A stretch of DNA of 28,400 bases from the IMG/VR virus record IMGVR_UViG_3300031370_000004, positions 62,001 to 90,400 of that record; one strand, given 5' to 3'. Positions 17,737-26,863 of the stretch are shown one piece after another. How positions within the stretch are numbered: position 1 is the first letter of the stretch; the number at the start of each line of letters is the position of its first letter. The position numbers were made by a program, and so were the translations under genes. This DNA is from an uncultured virus (IMG/VR IMGVR_UViG_3300031370_000004). Taxonomy: Duplodnaviria > Heunggongvirae > Uroviricota > Caudoviricetes. The notes under the pieces are model-generated. The model had not been told where the DNA came from, ran no database searches, and saw nothing but the letters and a program-made list of their open reading frames with translations.

Positions 17737-18300
17737 ATGTCACCGATAGAGCTGCTGGAGGACGTCAAAAGCCGGTTTACACCGCTGCTGCACCGGGAAG
17801 CTGAAAAACTAGAATCACTTCTGAGGCAGGCGCTGCGGGCTTATCAGGACCGGGCTGGCTACATCCAGAAGATTCGGGTTACCGATAACGCCACCAACAT
17901 CCCTAAACCCACCGATTTTCTGGCGCTGATCGGTGCCAGTGACAAGCAAGGTGACATGGTTTACAGCGACGATTTCGGAACGGATATCACGCTGGAATAC
18001 AGCTGGAATACGAAATCTCCGGTAACCGTGTCCTACATCGCCAACCTTGCTGATCTCGATCTCAAAACTGGCATCGTGCCGCCAGAGATTGTGGGTGTTG
18101 TTTCGAACTATCTGGAGGCGCTGATCGCCATCCCCAATTATGACCGTATTCGCCGCGTTTCTATTGCCGGCAAGGTAGATACCTCTACCATCCCGGACGA
18201 AAACACGCTGAATCAGCGCAAGCTCGATCTGGAACTGGATATGAGCTCCCGCAGAGCCATTCTTCCAGGGTTCACAATCTACGGCGCGGGCGGTAACTGA
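17737..18300 (+). CDS. PmgC-like head-tail adaptor
   Basis: 187 aa, GGAGG RBS, LLEDVKSRFTPLL...LLRQALRAYQDRAG, synteny. Confidence 0.65.
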   Translation: MSPIELLEDVKSRFTPLLHREAEKLESLLRQALRAYQDRAGYIQKIRVTDNATNIPKPTDFLALIGASDKQGDMVYSDDFGTDITLEYSWNTKSPVTVSYIANLADLDLKTGIVPPEIVGVVSNYLEALIAIPNYDRIRRVSIAGKVDTSTIPDENTLNQRKLDLELDMSSRRAILPGFTIYGAGGN

Positions 18301-18905
18301 TGGATATTCTCGGCTCAATCGGGAACTACGCCGGATCAGCGCTGGCAACGGCTGTTTATGGGACAGGGGTAAGCGATCGTGTTGTGGGGAAAATCACCTC
18401 ACGCATGCTCATGAAAATGCTGTTCTCGCAGGGCTGGCAGTGGGCCGTGGAAATCGACGGGCTGCCCGGGGCGGATTTTTTCTGCAGGGATATTACCTAC
18501 AGCGATTTCTCCATTGAAACGGATCCTATGCAGATCGGAGGCGGAGAAATCAATGTGCCCAGCCGCCGGGTAACCGGCCCGCTTACGATGACCGTGCGTG
18601 ACTCTGTAGACGGGCTGGTGGCCCGCTGGTTCGACGGGGCCAAAAGCAAAGTGGTAAATCTGGATGGCACCGTAAACTACCAGTGGGAGTATTCATTCAA
18701 CATCAGGATCTACCACCTGCTCCTCCCCGGCGCCACCCTTCTTGAGAAAGAGCTGACGGTATTCCCTACGCTACGAGGCGAAATCATGCTCAACCGCGAT
18801 GCGGTAGCCCAGTTCCATAGCTTCCCCCTCACCTTTACGCAGGTTTCGACATTCATCAATGAGAATGAACGTTCCCTGTTCGATAAATTTAGCTATTCAC
18901 TTTGA
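18300..18905 (+). CDS. Tub-like tube-fold baseplate protein
   Basis: 201 aa, TGATG coupling, LFSQGWQWAVEIDG...DITY...MTVRD. Confidence 0.65.
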   Translation: MDILGSIGNYAGSALATAVYGTGVSDRVVGKITSRMLMKMLFSQGWQWAVEIDGLPGADFFCRDITYSDFSIETDPMQIGGGEINVPSRRVTGPLTMTVRDSVDGLVARWFDGAKSKVVNLDGTVNYQWEYSFNIRIYHLLLPGATLLEKELTVFPTLRGEIMLNRDAVAQFHSFPLTFTQVSTFINENERSLFDKFSYSL

Positions 18906-18912
18906 GGCACAT

Positions 18913-19770
18913 ATGCATATTCCTCTGTTTTATCTGCCCTCAGATATGACCCGAACCATCTCTTTCGGCATGCCTACTGTGGGCCATGCGATCAGCTTTA
19001 GCAGCCGGGATGAGGACACTGATGAAGCCGCCACGACTGAGTATCTGGATCAGCTGCAGCTGGGAAAAGTTTACAGCAGCAAATTCTGGACAAATCAGGA
19101 CCGTGTAACCGCACTGTGGTGGATATTCATACACTCCCGCAGCGATGCCATGATGACCTTCAGCTATGGGTGTGATCACTGCGGTGAAGAGCATTATTAC
19201 GATCTTGATATGCGCAGCATTTCCGACACGATTGAAATTATTGATGGTCCCGCGTTTCTGGATGACGTGAGTATCACCGTGCATGGCCAGCCAATGGTAT
19301 GGCGCATACAGCATCTGACCGGTGAAGCCATGGAGTTAATAGAGGGGATGCGCGTTGCGCTACCAGAAAAAGATGAGCCCGGGTATAAAGCCGCTCTCAT
19401 GGATCTCAGGTTCTGGGAAATCGTCCTGCAGTGCGAGCTCAATGACGAGATTGAAACTGACTACTTAACCCGCGCCCAGAAGCGGTACGACCTCCTCAAA
19501 ACTATGCGCCCTGACGACGAATTCCTGAAACTAACGGCGCATGTGAAACACCTTCAGCGCACGCTGCGTCACGGCCTGCCGGTTGACGTACAGCAGGGAT
19601 CTGCTGGACTCCTAATTCCACCTCATACCTGCCCGGCAACCCGGCATAAGGAGCCCGCAGAGCAATTCGCTACGCCTCTGCGGGTGCCCTTTCGGAACTC
19701 AAACTTTATTCCGAACTTTGGACCTGGATGGCTGGGTGACCTTAGCCAACAACCTGGCGCTTTTTGGTGA
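18913..19770 (+). CDS. PmgB-like tail/baseplate hub assembly chaperone
   Basis: Likely start ATG 18913 after GAGG. CDHCGEEH CxxC motif. Immediately upstream of the tape measure gene. Confidence 0.7.
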   Translation: MHIPLFYLPSDMTRTISFGMPTVGHAISFSSRDEDTDEAATTEYLDQLQLGKVYSSKFWTNQDRVTALWWIFIHSRSDAMMTFSYGCDHCGEEHYYDLDMRSISDTIEIIDGPAFLDDVSITVHGQPMVWRIQHLTGEAMELIEGMRVALPEKDEPGYKAALMDLRFWEIVLQCELNDEIETDYLTRAQKRYDLLKTMRPDDEFLKLTAHVKHLQRTLRHGLPVDVQQGSAGLLIPPHTCPATRHKEPAEQFATPLRVPFRNSNFIPNFGPGWLGDLSQQPGAFW

Positions 19771-19861
19771 GCAGCCATTGAGTTGCATCGACAGCCTGCC
19801 AACGTGGCGCGCCGAACGGCTCAACTCATCCCTGAATGACAAACTCAAAACCGGTCGATAG
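19691..19861 (+). CDS. Candidate +1-frame extension of the chaperone (G-T-type frameshift product)
   Basis: +1 frame is open from 19616 to TAG 19859-19861 with no ATG. Encodes FGTQTLFRTLDLDGWVTLANNLALFGEQPLSCIDSLPTWRAERLNSSLNDKLKTGR. Confidence 0.55.
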   Translation, partial: FGTQTLFRTLDLDGWVTLANNLALFGEQPLSCIDSLPTWRAERLNSSLNDKLKTGR

Positions 19862-19869
19862 GACGTGTC

Positions 19870-22800
19870 GTGGAAAAATATCAAGATTTTAGCTCTGTCA
19901 TAGATGCTGTCGAAAATGCCAGTGATAAGGAGCTTGCCGCGCTGGCAGAGATCAGTCAAAAACTTGATCCGCACCCGGCACTTAACACGGATTTAGCAGC
20001 GCCGCCAGTTGCCGAAGATGGCCACCCTTCGTCAGATTCAAGTAGAAATGAGCAAGAACCTGTTTCCCGGTCCGTCATGGCTCATCGTCGTAACGCTGAA
20101 AATATCGCATCAAAAACACAGAAAAAAACCATCAAAAAACCACTAATAGAACAACAAAGCGAAGCGGAGCAGAGTGGGCGGGTTAAAGAAGCCCTTGAAG
20201 TGTCCAATTTGGCACAAATAACACATGACAATTACAACGAAAACACATCAAAAAAAGACAGCGCGACTTCGGCACAATTACCACAACAAAACGCCATCAA
20301 TATAACAACCGTTGCTGATGCTAAAGACTATTACAGAAAAGCAGGCGATACGTCTCGAGAGGGCTTTGAAAAAAGCAGAAATGGGCAAGAACGGGATGAA
20401 TCGGGGCGCTTTAAATCCAAAAGCCAGCAAGCGGCTGAAAGCGTCCATGAAAAACGGCAGGCAGCATCTGAAACCAGGTCATTCGATAAAGCTGAAGGTC
20501 TAATCAGCAAGCTGGCCAGAAGCATTTCTGATCCGCTTGAAAGCGACAATGTCGATCAGGCAGGTAGAGCGGTTGGCTCAACATTCTGGCGTTCCGGCAA
20601 AGAAATCTATGACATAGGGAAGTCCTCAGTAACCGGCGTTACCGAAGCGATAGGGAAAGTTAAACAACTCTCCGATGTAGAAAAAGACCCATCAGTAACA
20701 CCGAAAGGGCTTTGGTCGCGTTTTCGACGCGCTGATGCTCAAGCCGGAGAAGAAGGTGAGAATCGCCATGCAGGGCGGAAGAATAAACAGGGAGAAAAAG
20801 AGCAGGCAGCAGCCATCCGGGATGGCGATGGCGAGATAGTCGAGCGTCTGGATCAGCTGATTAAAGCGGGCAAGAGGAAGACTGGCGCAACGAACCGCAA
20901 GACACCGGTCGCAGGCAAAAAAGGGATCGCGGCTGCAGCACAGTTCGCCTTAAAAATCACAGGCATCAATGCCTTATTACGCGCAGTGAAGAACACCCGG
21001 AATACTCAGCCCCAGGGTGAATCACCTGCAAAATCAGAGGTACAGGCCCGCCATAAGGAACAGCGTCCAGGCAGAGATGTAGAGCACAACCAGGCGCGCG
21101 GGGAGCAGCTAAATCAGGCTGCAACAGCTCCATACGCCAGCACTGTAATGCCCCTGCATCCCCATGAAACGAATCAAGAAATTCAGGGTGCTGTCGGTCC
21201 CGCTAAAACAGACAGAACAATGCCTGTGAATGGCGAGGTTCACCCGGCAGTTGAAAGCGCCGCCGGTGGCTACCAGGTCCGGGAAGACGGGAAAGCAACA
21301 GTCGCAGAAACAGTCAAAAGTGCAGCGAAGGAGGGCGCGGCGGCGGCGGTCAAAGAAAGTGGGGATAAAGTAGGCGTTAAACCGAAACGCGTGAGCTCCC
21401 TGAACGTAACCAGTATAAGCGAGCTGCCAGTTACCGGGATCCACGAACCAGGACAGACAACTGGCATCCCAACAGGGCAGCCAGTCCGGGCACGCCGTTC
21501 CCGACAGCAAACGTCACAAGATGCTCTCGCGCGCAATATGGCCCGTGAGCAGGAGCGCAGCATAAAAGAGCAGACGGCTGCCATCAAGGAAGGCGATGAG
21601 GAGATCATCGATCGCCTGGACCAGCTGATTAAAGCGAACGGGAAAAAATCCGGCGGCGGCATCATGTCGTCACTCCTTGGGGGGACCGCGCTGGCCGGAC
21701 TGACCAAAGGATTAGGTAAATGGGGCAAAGGCGCGCTTTTTGCTGGTGGCGCTGCTGTGCTGGGTGGCGCAAAAACGATTTACGATCGTATTCGTCGCAA
21801 ACCAAAAGTTGGCAAAACAACGCCAGAAGCAGAAGGGAAAAAGAATAATAAAAAAGGCCCCGTAAAAGAGGGGGCAGCGAAGGAAGTTAGCAACAAAACA
21901 AAGCCTGAAGCACATGAGAAGGTAAAAACTGGCACCGGCCAGGGGGCTGAAAAAGGCTCGCAAAAAGCCGCAAAAGAGGGTGCTGAAGAAGCTGGCAAGA
22001 AAGCCGTCAAAAAGGGCGCAGCTGAAGTTGCAGAAGCCGGTGTTAAAAAATTTGGGGTAAAAACCGCGCTCAAATCGGCACTTAAATTTACTGGCATCGG
22101 TACGGTACTAAGCGCTTTATGGGATGCCGGAGAGGGGTATTCAGACGAGGATGCACAGAAGAAAACCTTCGGCACCTCAGGCATAAACACTCAGCAAAAG
22201 GCGTCCTATGCGACGGCCAGCCTCTTGTCGCTGGGAGGTCTGGGTGATATCGCCAGTGAATATGCTGGAAAGGGCGCGCGTTGGCTGGGGTTAGATGGTG
22301 TTGCCGATACAGTCGAGAAATACAATACAGCCGATATCGCCATTAATCTTAATGACTCGTTTGATAAAATTAAGGGCTACTTCAGCGAAGAGAAAAAGAC
22401 TGAGGAAACCAGCAAAGCCAATCAGGCCGAACTGATTACAGCCATCGAAAAAGGATCCACTAACACCACAACGGAAGTCAGGACCGGATTTACGGCCCTG
22501 CTGGATTTGCTGAAACATCCGGTCGAAACTGTTAAAGGCCTTGCAGATGGAAGTTACAGCCTCAAAAGCGGCAAAGTACCGCCGCTTGAAAAGGCTTTGA
22601 CGAAGGAAGGGCGCCAGAACCTCGATGCTCTCGATGAGCATTTTAAAATGCTGGAAGCGCGAGACGGCCTTCCGGCGAATACACTGCGCACCATCGCCAC
22701 GATTGAGTCTTCAGGCAATCCCAATGCAGTTGGCCCGGAAACGAAATATGGCACTGCAAAGGGCATGTTCCAGCTGGTAGACACTACCGCCAGCGACCTG

Positions 22801-23949
22801 GGCCTGAGTGGGCGGGATGTATTCGACCCGGTAAAAGCATCAGATGCTGCCAGCCGGTATATGAAGTACCTGCTGAAGGATAACGGTGGCGACCTGAATA
22901 AAGCCATTGCATCGTATAACTGGGGCATCGGCAATCTTCAGAAAAAAGGCATGGAGAACATGCCCGAGGAAACTCGCGATTACATCGCGAAATTCCATAC
23001 TTACAACTCAGCGTTCAGCGCTGAGCGCGGCCAGGAGGCTGTAACGGGGAACGCGGTGCCTCCTGTCGCGCTGTCTACTCCGATTGTTCCGGTAACGACT
23101 GAGGCCCGCCAGTCAGGAGCTGATACCGGCCACACCTTCACCGATAACGGCCAAACCTATCGCAAAGCAGAACTCCCGACAGATGGAACACCTCTGTCAG
23201 ATCTGAGTATTGAGCAGCTGGGTGGGGAGAAAATCCAAAAGGCCGAAGGTATGCGGCACCAGGTTAGTGCCGGTACCCTCGCAGCCCGATCGCAGCCCGA
23301 GTCACAAAAAACCCTGCGCCCGGTACCGCCGGGCGATTACGCAAGGGATGCCAACGGCGAAATTTACCGACGCGCGCAGTTGCCATCAGACCAGCTCGAT
23401 CAGGATACGGTTTATGGGGAAGTCGCCGGATGGGTTACTGATACCCTGGGCGGAGACAAGCTGCGTGACGCCGAGGGCATGCGCCATCAGGTTGCAACGG
23501 GGGAGGGGAGTGCCGTTGCTGGGCTTAAGGCTACCATTGCGTCACGCGCCGCAGCGCAGGTTCGCGCAGCTGTCGGACAGATAGGCGTCGAAGCTGACGG
23601 CACGCCGATTGTTCGCGGTGACATGGTTGGCCGCGCAGCTACCGTCAGCCCAAAAACACCGCTGGCACAGATCCCGGCCAAACCAACGGTGATTACTGAT
23701 TACAGCGCATCGCAGGTTAAACCTGCTGTCACGTTAAACGACAAGAGCGTGTCACTGGATTCCGCCTCACAGAAGCTACTTTCGGATATCAACGGTTGGC
23801 TCAAAAAGATAGCGGGCCACACTGAAGACACCGCCAACGCGGCCAGTAAGCAAGCGCCAAACACACCGGCAACAGCACAGCCGCAACCGCGCGGCTCAAT
23901 ACCACTGGAAGTAAGTGACCCCGCAATGCAGGAGATGGCTAAAAACTGA
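19870..23949 (+). CDS. sit: Tape measure protein with soluble lytic transglycosylase domain (P1 Sit-like)
   Basis: 1359 aa, GTG start. SLT motifs IATIESSGNPNA, AKGMFQLVDTTA, AIASYNWG (~22680-22990). Gly/Ala hydrophobic stretches. Confidence 0.85.
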   Translation: MEKYQDFSSVIDAVENASDKELAALAEISQKLDPHPALNTDLAAPPVAEDGHPSSDSSRNEQEPVSRSVMAHRRNAENIASKTQKKTIKKPLIEQQSEAEQSGRVKEALEVSNLAQITHDNYNENTSKKDSATSAQLPQQNAINITTVADAKDYYRKAGDTSREGFEKSRNGQERDESGRFKSKSQQAAESVHEKRQAASETRSFDKAEGLISKLARSISDPLESDNVDQAGRAVGSTFWRSGKEIYDIGKSSVTGVTEAIGKVKQLSDVEKDPSVTPKGLWSRFRRADAQAGEEGENRHAGRKNKQGEKEQAAAIRDGDGEIVERLDQLIKAGKRKTGATNRKTPVAGKKGIAAAAQFALKITGINALLRAVKNTRNTQPQGESPAKSEVQARHKEQRPGRDVEHNQARGEQLNQAATAPYASTVMPLHPHETNQEIQGAVGPAKTDRTMPVNGEVHPAVESAAGGYQVREDGKATVAETVKSAAKEGAAAAVKESGDKVGVKPKRVSSLNVTSISELPVTGIHEPGQTTGIPTGQPVRARRSRQQTSQDALARNMAREQERSIKEQTAAIKEGDEEIIDRLDQLIKANGKKSGGGIMSSLLGGTALAGLTKGLGKWGKGALFAGGAAVLGGAKTIYDRIRRKPKVGKTTPEAEGKKNNKKGPVKEGAAKEVSNKTKPEAHEKVKTGTGQGAEKGSQKAAKEGAEEAGKKAVKKGAAEVAEAGVKKFGVKTALKSALKFTGIGTVLSALWDAGEGYSDEDAQKKTFGTSGINTQQKASYATASLLSLGGLGDIASEYAGKGARWLGLDGVADTVEKYNTADIAINLNDSFDKIKGYFSEEKKTEETSKANQAELITAIEKGSTNTTTEVRTGFTALLDLLKHPVETVKGLADGSYSLKSGKVPPLEKALTKEGRQNLDALDEHFKMLEARDGLPANTLRTIATIESSGNPNAVGPETKYGTAKGMFQLVDTTASDLGLSGRDVFDPVKASDAASRYMKYLLKDNGGDLNKAIASYNWGIGNLQKKGMENMPEETRDYIAKFHTYNSAFSAERGQEAVTGNAVPPVALSTPIVPVTTEARQSGADTGHTFTDNGQTYRKAELPTDGTPLSDLSIEQLGGEKIQKAEGMRHQVSAGTLAARSQPESQKTLRPVPPGDYARDANGEIYRRAQLPSDQLDQDTVYGEVAGWVTDTLGGDKLRDAEGMRHQVATGEGSAVAGLKATIASRAAAQVRAAVGQIGVEADGTPIVRGDMVGRAATVSPKTPLAQIPAKPTVITDYSASQVKPAVTLNDKSVSLDSASQKLLSDINGWLKKIAGHTEDTANAASKQAPNTPATAQPQPRGSIPLEVSDPAMQEMAKN

Positions 23950-23988
23950 GGTTAACGGAAAATAGGTGAGCAAAAGCTGTAATCATAG

Positions 23989-24002
23989 ACACTAAACATT
24001 AA
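23989..24002 (+). promoter_or_regulatory. Conserved motif, copy 5 (ACACTAAACATTAA)
   Basis: In the gap between sit and the pmgA-like gene, 56 bp before the start. Confidence 0.65.
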
Positions 24003-24044
24003 TTAATATGGACTCAGGCACGTTTTGCATCGGGGAAATCGCAC

Positions 24045-24434
24045 ATGCGGGAAATTGACCACTTACTGACGCTCAGCACGGATGGGGTAAAAACCTACAG
24101 TAGCGAGGTGACCGCGCTCGGGGAACGCTTTCGCGAGTGGTTAAATACACCTCTTGGCACCATCTGGGGTAATCCCGGATGGGGCAATATTCTGCCCGAA
24201 TTTAAGCATGAGCCTACGGGAAAGAGCCATATACAGACAGCGATGGAAAACCGATTGCTGGCGAAACTTCGAAGCGATTTGACTGAAATGAATATTCGCA
24301 GTGTCAGCATTTTCGAAAAAGAGATCGACCTTCTGGTTATAAAAATCGGCATCAAGCAAGGCGTAATTTCAGCAGTTATATCGAGTAAAACCGGCTTTAT
24401 GTCAGCAGATATTAATACGGAGCTTGCAGCGTAA
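24045..24434 (+). CDS. PmgA-like baseplate protein (gpW/T4 gp25-like sheath initiator)
   Basis: EWLNTPLGTIWGNPGWGNILPEFKHEP resembles the gp25/W family T..G.....P.fG motif. Confidence 0.75.
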   Translation: MREIDHLLTLSTDGVKTYSSEVTALGERFREWLNTPLGTIWGNPGWGNILPEFKHEPTGKSHIQTAMENRLLAKLRSDLTEMNIRSVSIFEKEIDLLVIKIGIKQGVISAVISSKTGFMSADINTELAA

Positions 24435-24436
24435 TA

Positions 24437-25861
24437 ATGAAAACCACATCACAAGAAGAGATCAGAGAAGAAATTACCGCGCTGGCAGAAAAAAATAGCT
24501 GGTGGTCAACGTTCGTCGGCAGCCAGTTTATTGCCATGCTTTCGACTTATCTTTCGCAGCTCTGCTATCGCTGTTACCAGTTCGCCGCTTCAGCACTGGC
24601 CGAAGGGTTCATTTCGACTGCGGCAAACCGGTCATCTATCCTCGCCGCGGCAGAAGACAGGGGTTACATAGGGGATCGACCATCACCCTCGACAGGCAAA
24701 GCAAAGATATCCAATATTACCTCTTCACTGGTCAGCGTACCGCAGTATTCATCATTTATCTCCGATGACGAGCTTCCGTATCTGGCCATGGAATATCTGG
24801 ATCTGAAAGCTGGTGAAAACGCCACGATTTCTGTCACTCAGATGGAGATCGTTACGGTCAGGCAGACTATCAGCACCGCGAAACAGTTCATGGAGCTCCC
24901 CTTATCGAAAGACCTTACTGCTGTATGTCATAAAATCGACGTTATCGTTACAGAAGGCGGAAAAGATACCGTCTGGACAGAAACCAAAGCATTCCGCCTG
25001 GCATCAAATACCAGCAATTGCTATGTGCTCTTTTACAACTCGAATGACCAGATTGGCGTACGCTTCGGAGACGGTACGATCGGGCGCATCCCTCCGGTGG
25101 ACTCTACGGTAAAATTACGCGTCTGGTGTACAAATGGAGACACCACTCTTCTGGCCGGGCAAACACTTACGCCCAGCGATAATAGCGCCTATCTCGGTGA
25201 AAGCATTGCAGCAGAAACGGCGACGTCCATTACGGGCGGTACGATTGCTGAAGAAATCGAGATCACACGTCAGCGCGCGAAGTACCAGACCGCATACGAT
25301 GATCAGGTAGCGTGGGGCGGTGATTACACCTTCTACCTGAAAAGAAACGTACCTGGCACGAGTTGGTTCAAAGCCTGGGGGGAAGCTGAGCAGGAAAAAA
25401 TTGTCGGCGCACGTAACTTCAACTTCATTAACAAAATATTCATCAGCGGCTACCATCCGCTTTACAACCAGGCAGAGCTTGAGGCGTTGGTATTAGGTGC
25501 GCTGAGTAAGATCCCGAATGAGTTAAATAAGCGATTTCAGTACGTCCCTATCAATGAGCTTCCATTCATGATTACGGTGACAGGTACAATCTCAGCCAGT
25601 CTAACCACTGCTGCGGTTGTGAGTTCGTTGAAAACGTCACTGGAAGCGCGCTTTGGACGAAACGCGAACTTTTTCGACCCTACCAGCGTGGGTGAATATC
25701 GTCTTATCAAAAAAAAGGATCTCTGGGCATTTATAGAGAGCCTTAATTACTTTGAAGACTTTTCACTTGAATATTCTAACTGGCATGAGTCAAACGGTTA
25801 CTTTGATTTTGTTTACCTCGATATAACAGATTCTATTTTTAATATCAGCTTTGAGGAATAA
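24437..25861 (+). CDS. bplA: Baseplate wedge protein (P1 BplA, T4 gp6/J-like)
   Basis: EGFISTAANRSSILAAAEDRGY, VRFGDGTIGRIPP, ITGG...EEIE motifs. Confidence 0.85.
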   Translation: MKTTSQEEIREEITALAEKNSWWSTFVGSQFIAMLSTYLSQLCYRCYQFAASALAEGFISTAANRSSILAAAEDRGYIGDRPSPSTGKAKISNITSSLVSVPQYSSFISDDELPYLAMEYLDLKAGENATISVTQMEIVTVRQTISTAKQFMELPLSKDLTAVCHKIDVIVTEGGKDTVWTETKAFRLASNTSNCYVLFYNSNDQIGVRFGDGTIGRIPPVDSTVKLRVWCTNGDTTLLAGQTLTPSDNSAYLGESIAAETATSITGGTIAEEIEITRQRAKYQTAYDDQVAWGGDYTFYLKRNVPGTSWFKAWGEAEQEKIVGARNFNFINKIFISGYHPLYNQAELEALVLGALSKIPNELNKRFQYVPINELPFMITVTGTISASLTTAAVVSSLKTSLEARFGRNANFFDPTSVGEYRLIKKKDLWAFIESLNYFEDFSLEYSNWHESNGYFDFVYLDITDSIFNISFEE

Positions 25862-25863
25862 AC

Positions 25864-26712
25864 ATGTCGGACTGGCTAAAGAAACAACTTACAGACAATA
25901 AAAAAAGCTCGGGAATGTGGAACGGGCTCGCAGAGATTTTGCAGAAAATAATCTCCCAGCACGTCGATCCTGTCCTTGCGCGCATCAGCGCCAGGCGGTC
26001 CATTTTTACAATGGCAGAGGAGGATATTGAAACCCGCGTCAACGAACTGGGTTCATTTTTTACCATCCGCTCCTCAGATGCGTCCAGTGTGCCAATGCTC
26101 CTCATGCAGCGTCTTGACGAAGTGCATTTTAAAGGCTCCACCCGACCGATCACACAGACATTCTACCGTGAATTTAACGGCATTCCGATAAGCTGGCAGC
26201 CTCTATACGCCCCGGTTAATGTATCCCGCTACCCATACGGAAGCATATTAGTCAGCGCCGAAACACTGGAAAAATTCGGTGATGCTTATGGTGAAATGTT
26301 CATGACCTCGCGTGGTGTGATCAGCATTTCGATAAATGACCTGGCGGCGCTAATTGCTCAGGATGAAACGGGTGAACTGACGCAGGATAAAGTTACAGCT
26401 GAGGCATTGACGAAATTTAAACAAGTCGTCGCGCCATTGTTGCCATTGCATATTGTCTTTGATGGCATGCAGCTGCTGATAGATGTGAATATTGATGCTG
26501 AACTCAATTCAGTGCCAATATTAAAATCCATTACTGATACCGTTGGAATATTACGCTTTGATGCCGGGCGGGCTTACGCCGCTGACGCACACCTCCAGGT
26601 CAAACAAGAGGTAGCAGCTGAGTCAGCAGCAACATTTGTATGGACGCCCCGGTTTGACGATCTCCCGTTCGACATGATGATGGATATTGACGAGGTCACT
26701 CAAGGGATTTAA
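25864..26712 (+). CDS. Baseplate protein (P1 gp16-like)
   Basis: 282 aa, LLMQRLDEVHFKGS..PI..TFYREF, PLLPLHIVFDG, synteny. Confidence 0.75.
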   Translation: MSDWLKKQLTDNKKSSGMWNGLAEILQKIISQHVDPVLARISARRSIFTMAEEDIETRVNELGSFFTIRSSDASSVPMLLMQRLDEVHFKGSTRPITQTFYREFNGIPISWQPLYAPVNVSRYPYGSILVSAETLEKFGDAYGEMFMTSRGVISISINDLAALIAQDETGELTQDKVTAEALTKFKQVVAPLLPLHIVFDGMQLLIDVNIDAELNSVPILKSITDTVGILRFDAGRAYAADAHLQVKQEVAAESAATFVWTPRFDDLPFDMMMDIDEVTQGI

Positions 26713-26725
26713 CTGTTTTTAATAT

Positions 26726-26755
26726 GGCCTGCCGCCGCTGGTAAGCAGGCCTTTT
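26726..26755 (+). terminator. Probable terminator
   Basis: GGCCTGC...GCAGGCC stem followed by TTTT. Confidence 0.55.
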
Positions 26756-26786
26756 CTCTCGCATTAACTTCCCACCACACCAACAA

Positions 26787-26800
26787 ACACTAAATATTTA
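26787..26800 (+). promoter_or_regulatory. Conserved motif, copy 6 (ACACTAAATATTTA)
   Basis: 14/14 identical to copy 4, upstream of the R-S tail fibre genes, followed by TACAAT. Confidence 0.7.
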
Positions 26801-26863
26801 CACAGCTATCATACAATCTCTACCATGCGGAAATTGCCTATGTTTCCGCCGGAGAAATTCACG

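Noticed and set aside
19758..19770. GCTTTTTGG as a -1 slippery site at the chaperone end
   Set aside because: It is not a canonical X XXY YYZ heptamer, and the plausible extension is in the +1 frame and begins further upstream.
4297..26800. ACACTAAA repeats as a CRISPR array or iterons
   Set aside because: The copies are short, kilobases apart and not regularly spaced, with no cas or rep gene in the window.
24044..26836. Similar CATGCGG(G)AAATTG strings downstream of motif copies 5 and 6
   Set aside because: There are only two copies, at different spacing, and one is a coding start. Probably chance.
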